From an uncultured virus (IMG/VR IMGVR_UViG_3300008120_007613) (taxonomy: Duplodnaviria > Heunggongvirae > Uroviricota > Caudoviricetes), in IMG/VR virus record IMGVR_UViG_3300008120_007613: a DNA stretch of 64,000 nt; one strand, given 5' to 3'. The notes beneath the pieces are model-generated. The model did no database searches. It saw only the letters and a list, made by a program, of their open reading frames with translations, and was not told the origin of the DNA. Positions 61,268 to 64,000 of the stretch are shown one piece after another; positions within the stretch are counted from its first letter, which is position 1, and the number at the start of each line of letters is the position of its first letter. A program made the translations under genes and the position numbers.

Positions 61268-62076
61268 TAACTAATTTAGAAATAGGATATAATGGAAGAC
61301 TAGGCAACCAAATATTCCAGTATGCAGCATGTTATGCTACTGCTAAAAGATTAGGTGTTAAATTTATTATTCCTGAAAAAAATATAGATAATATTAAACA
61401 GGATGGATGTTATGATTTTTCAAATAATCAATGGATTCCATATAATTTTAGAATGTATGATTGTTTTGAAATAACAGCACCTAAAGGTGAAGTTAACATA
61501 AATAATGTATTTCAAGAACCCCATTTCCATTATACTGAAGCATTCAATAACATCCAAGATAATACATCAGTACAAGGATATTATCAGTCAGAAAAATATT
61601 TTATTGATTGTAAAGAAGATATTTTAAAAGAATTTACATTTAAAGAAAATATACTTACTGAAGCAAAATCAATAATTAATTCTATTAACAATAAAGAAAT
61701 AGTAGCTATACATGTTAGAAGGGGAGATAATGTGGTTAATCCTAATTTTCCCACTATTGGTATGGACTATATTCAAGAAGCACTTAATATATTCTCAGAT
61801 AAAGAATATAATTTCTTAATTATATCAGACGATGTTCCTTATTGTAAAGAGGTATTTCCTGAAGGAGTATATTTTAGTGAGGGCACAGATGATTTAGTAG
61901 ATTTATGCCTAATGTCATTATCGGATCATAATATAATATCTAATAGTTCATTTTCATGGTGGGGTGCTTATTTAAATCCTAATAAAAGTAAAAAAGTAAT
62001 AGCACCTAGTAACTGGTTTAAAGATAAATCTATTAATACGGGTGATTTAATACCTAATAACTGGATAATAATATGA
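61264..62076 (+). CDS. Alpha-1,2-fucosyltransferase-like protein (GT11)
   Basis: 'GRLGNQIFQYA', 'GYYQSEKYF', 'HVRRGD', 'SNSSFSWWGAYL'. Confidence 0.92.
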   Translation: MITNLEIGYNGRLGNQIFQYAACYATAKRLGVKFIIPEKNIDNIKQDGCYDFSNNQWIPYNFRMYDCFEITAPKGEVNINNVFQEPHFHYTEAFNNIQDNTSVQGYYQSEKYFIDCKEDILKEFTFKENILTEAKSIINSINNKEIVAIHVRRGDNVVNPNFPTIGMDYIQEALNIFSDKEYNFLIISDDVPYCKEVFPEGVYFSEGTDDLVDLCLMSLSDHNIISNSSFSWWGAYLNPNKSKKVIAPSNWFKDKSINTGDLIPNNWIII

Positions 62077-62288
62077 ATTTAAAATCAACAATAAATTCTC
62101 AGGGAGAAGTAGTAACTCAAATAATTCATTTTGTAGGTGATGTAAAAAGAACATATCATGGGATAATATCAACTTCTATTAAACAAGGTCAGTTTACTAA
62201 AATGGAATGCACTGATGGAACAATGATAATGGTAAATGATAAAAATGTTCTATGCATAGAAGTATTTCCCGAAAAAAAGAAACAATAA
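62073..62288 (+). CDS. Hypothetical protein
   Basis: 71-aa ORF in the operon. Confidence 0.55.
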   Translation: MNLKSTINSQGEVVTQIIHFVGDVKRTYHGIISTSIKQGQFTKMECTDGTMIMVNDKNVLCIEVFPEKKKQ

Positions 62289-63325
62289 TGAAAATATTAG
62301 TTACAGGAGCAGGTGGATTAATTGGATCTGAAGCAGTAGATTACTATTGTAGTCAAGGGCATGATGTATATGGAATTGAAAATAATCAAAGAGCAATATT
62401 CTTCGGCCCTAAAGGAAGCACATTATCCCGATTACACCAATTAGAATCAAAATATTCTAATTTTAGAAACTTTAATGTAGATATTAGAAATAAAATAGAT
62501 ATATTTAATTTATTTGAACAAATAAAATTTGATGTAGCAATTCATACTGCTGCTCAACCATCACATGATAAAGCAGCATCAATTCCATTTGATGACTTTG
62601 AAACCAATGCTAATGGTACTTTACATTTATTAGAGGCAGTTAGACAAACAAATAAAGACTGTGTATTCATTCATATGTCTACAAATAAAGTATATGGTGA
62701 CAAACCAAATACATTAAATTTAGTAGAATTAGATACACGATATGATTATGCTGATGTTGAATATCAAAATGGTATAAATGAAAATTTCTCAATAGATCAA
62801 TCCAAACACAGTTTATTTGGAGCTAGTAAAGTAGCAGCAGATATATTAGTTCAGGAATATGGTCGTTATTTTGGAATCCCATCATGTGTTTTAAGAGGTG
62901 GGTGTTTAACTGGTGAAAACCATAGTGGAGTAGAATTACATGGCTTCTTAAATTATTTAGTTAAATGTAATGCCCAAAATATCAAATACAACGTATTTGG
63001 CTATAAAGGTAAACAAGTAAGAGATAATATTCATTCCTCAGATGTAGTACAATTTATGGACCTATTCATAGCAAATCCACGTATTGCTGAAGTGTATAAT
63101 ATAGGTGGTGGTAAGGATAATTCATGTTCAATATTTGAAGCATTTAATTTAGCTGAACAAATATCAGGCATTAAAATGATCTATGAGTATGTAGATGAGA
63201 ACAGAATTGGTGATCATATCTGTTATTATAGTGATCTATCTAAAATGAAGGAACATTACCCTGAATTTGGTATTACTAAAAATCTTAATTATATTATTGA
63301 AAACATCTATACAAAAACAAAATGA
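62288..63325 (+). CDS. NAD-dependent epimerase, CDP-paratose 2-epimerase (RfbE)-like
   Basis: 'TGAGGLIG', 'AAQPSHD', 'STNKVYG', 'FGASKVAAD..VQEYGRYF', 'GKQVRD', 'RIGD'. Confidence 0.8.
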   Translation: MKILVTGAGGLIGSEAVDYYCSQGHDVYGIENNQRAIFFGPKGSTLSRLHQLESKYSNFRNFNVDIRNKIDIFNLFEQIKFDVAIHTAAQPSHDKAASIPFDDFETNANGTLHLLEAVRQTNKDCVFIHMSTNKVYGDKPNTLNLVELDTRYDYADVEYQNGINENFSIDQSKHSLFGASKVAADILVQEYGRYFGIPSCVLRGGCLTGENHSGVELHGFLNYLVKCNAQNIKYNVFGYKGKQVRDNIHSSDVVQFMDLFIANPRIAEVYNIGGGKDNSCSIFEAFNLAEQISGIKMIYEYVDENRIGDHICYYSDLSKMKEHYPEFGITKNLNYIIENIYTKTK

Positions 63326-63849
63326 GCGAAAGATACCTACATATAGGGTGTGGTAATGTTATACTACCAAAACCATTTGAAAATCTAGATACTAGACCTT
63401 TAGAAGGAGTAGATCATGTTTCTGAAGCATTTCCCCTTCCATTTGAAGATAATATATTTGATTTGGTTTATTCATCTCATGTTTTAGAACACTTTGAAAA
63501 AGCCAAAACACAAGAAATAGTAAACGAATGGGTCCGTATACTAAAACCAGGAGGTATCATTAGATTATCTGTTCCATCACTTGAAAATCTTATTAAAATA
63601 TATCAAGCATCAGGTGATATGGAATATATTATAGGTCCATTAATGGGTGGTCAAACATATCCTCAAAATTATCATTATAATATGTTTGATACAAAACGAT
63701 TAACAGAATATCTTAAAAAAGCAGGATGTGAGGCTGTTCATCCTTGGGATTATAGAAGAACATCTCACAGTAAGTATTTTGATTTTTCACAAGCAATTAC
63801 ATGGGAGATTCCAATTAGTTTAAACTTAGAAGCTAGAAAATGCTTGTAA
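63322..63849 (+). CDS. SAM-dependent methyltransferase (type 11-like)
   Basis: 'LHIGCG', 'YSSHVLEH', 'RILKPGG'. Confidence 0.85.
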   Translation: MSERYLHIGCGNVILPKPFENLDTRPLEGVDHVSEAFPLPFEDNIFDLVYSSHVLEHFEKAKTQEIVNEWVRILKPGGIIRLSVPSLENLIKIYQASGDMEYIIGPLMGGQTYPQNYHYNMFDTKRLTEYLKKAGCEAVHPWDYRRTSHSKYFDFSQAITWEIPISLNLEARKCL

Positions 63850-64000
63850 AAAGTAACTTTATACCTTCTGAAATATTTGATAGGTTTTTATTAGATGATT
63901 CTATTTTAAAGGATAAACCTATTACTATATTTAATGACTATACTCCTACTATTGAAGAACTACAAGTAAATCCTTATAACTTTTTAATACTAAACGAACC
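63840..64000 (+). CDS. Hypothetical protein, 3'-partial
   Basis: ATG at 63840, frame open to the window end. Confidence 0.5.
   Translation, partial: MLVKSNFIPSEIFDRFLLDDSILKDKPITIFNDYTPTIEELQVNPYNFLILNE

Overview
This 64-kb window comes from a large, AT-rich, lytic-type myovirus (contractile-tailed Caudoviricetes) genome. All credible genes are on the + strand and use the standard code. Gene order: two giant GNVGIGT-repeat tail-fibre proteins with C-terminal peptidase-S74-type chaperone domains; tail sheath, tube, tape measure and baseplate genes; a T4-like replication module (degenerate PolA, gp32 SSB, UvsX/RecA, 5'-3' exonuclease, DnaB, thioredoxin, class II RNR); a 7-deazaguanine pathway (queD, TGT/DpdA-like gene, queC, queE, folE); dUTPase/dCTP deaminase, PolB, sliding clamp and clamp loader; Hsp20/GroES/GroEL; and a large glycosylation and nucleotide-sugar cluster that includes nadE. 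Twelve promoters with an exact TTGG/TTTG-N19-TAnnTTnA architecture point to a Bacteroidota host, and several appear to drive near-leaderless transcripts. A second motif (ATATTTAT) marks structural genes. Four conserved genes (baseplate hub chaperone, folE, sliding clamp, groEL) each appear to lack an internal or terminal block, most likely from collapsed assembly gaps. All product calls come from motif recognition, not database searches.
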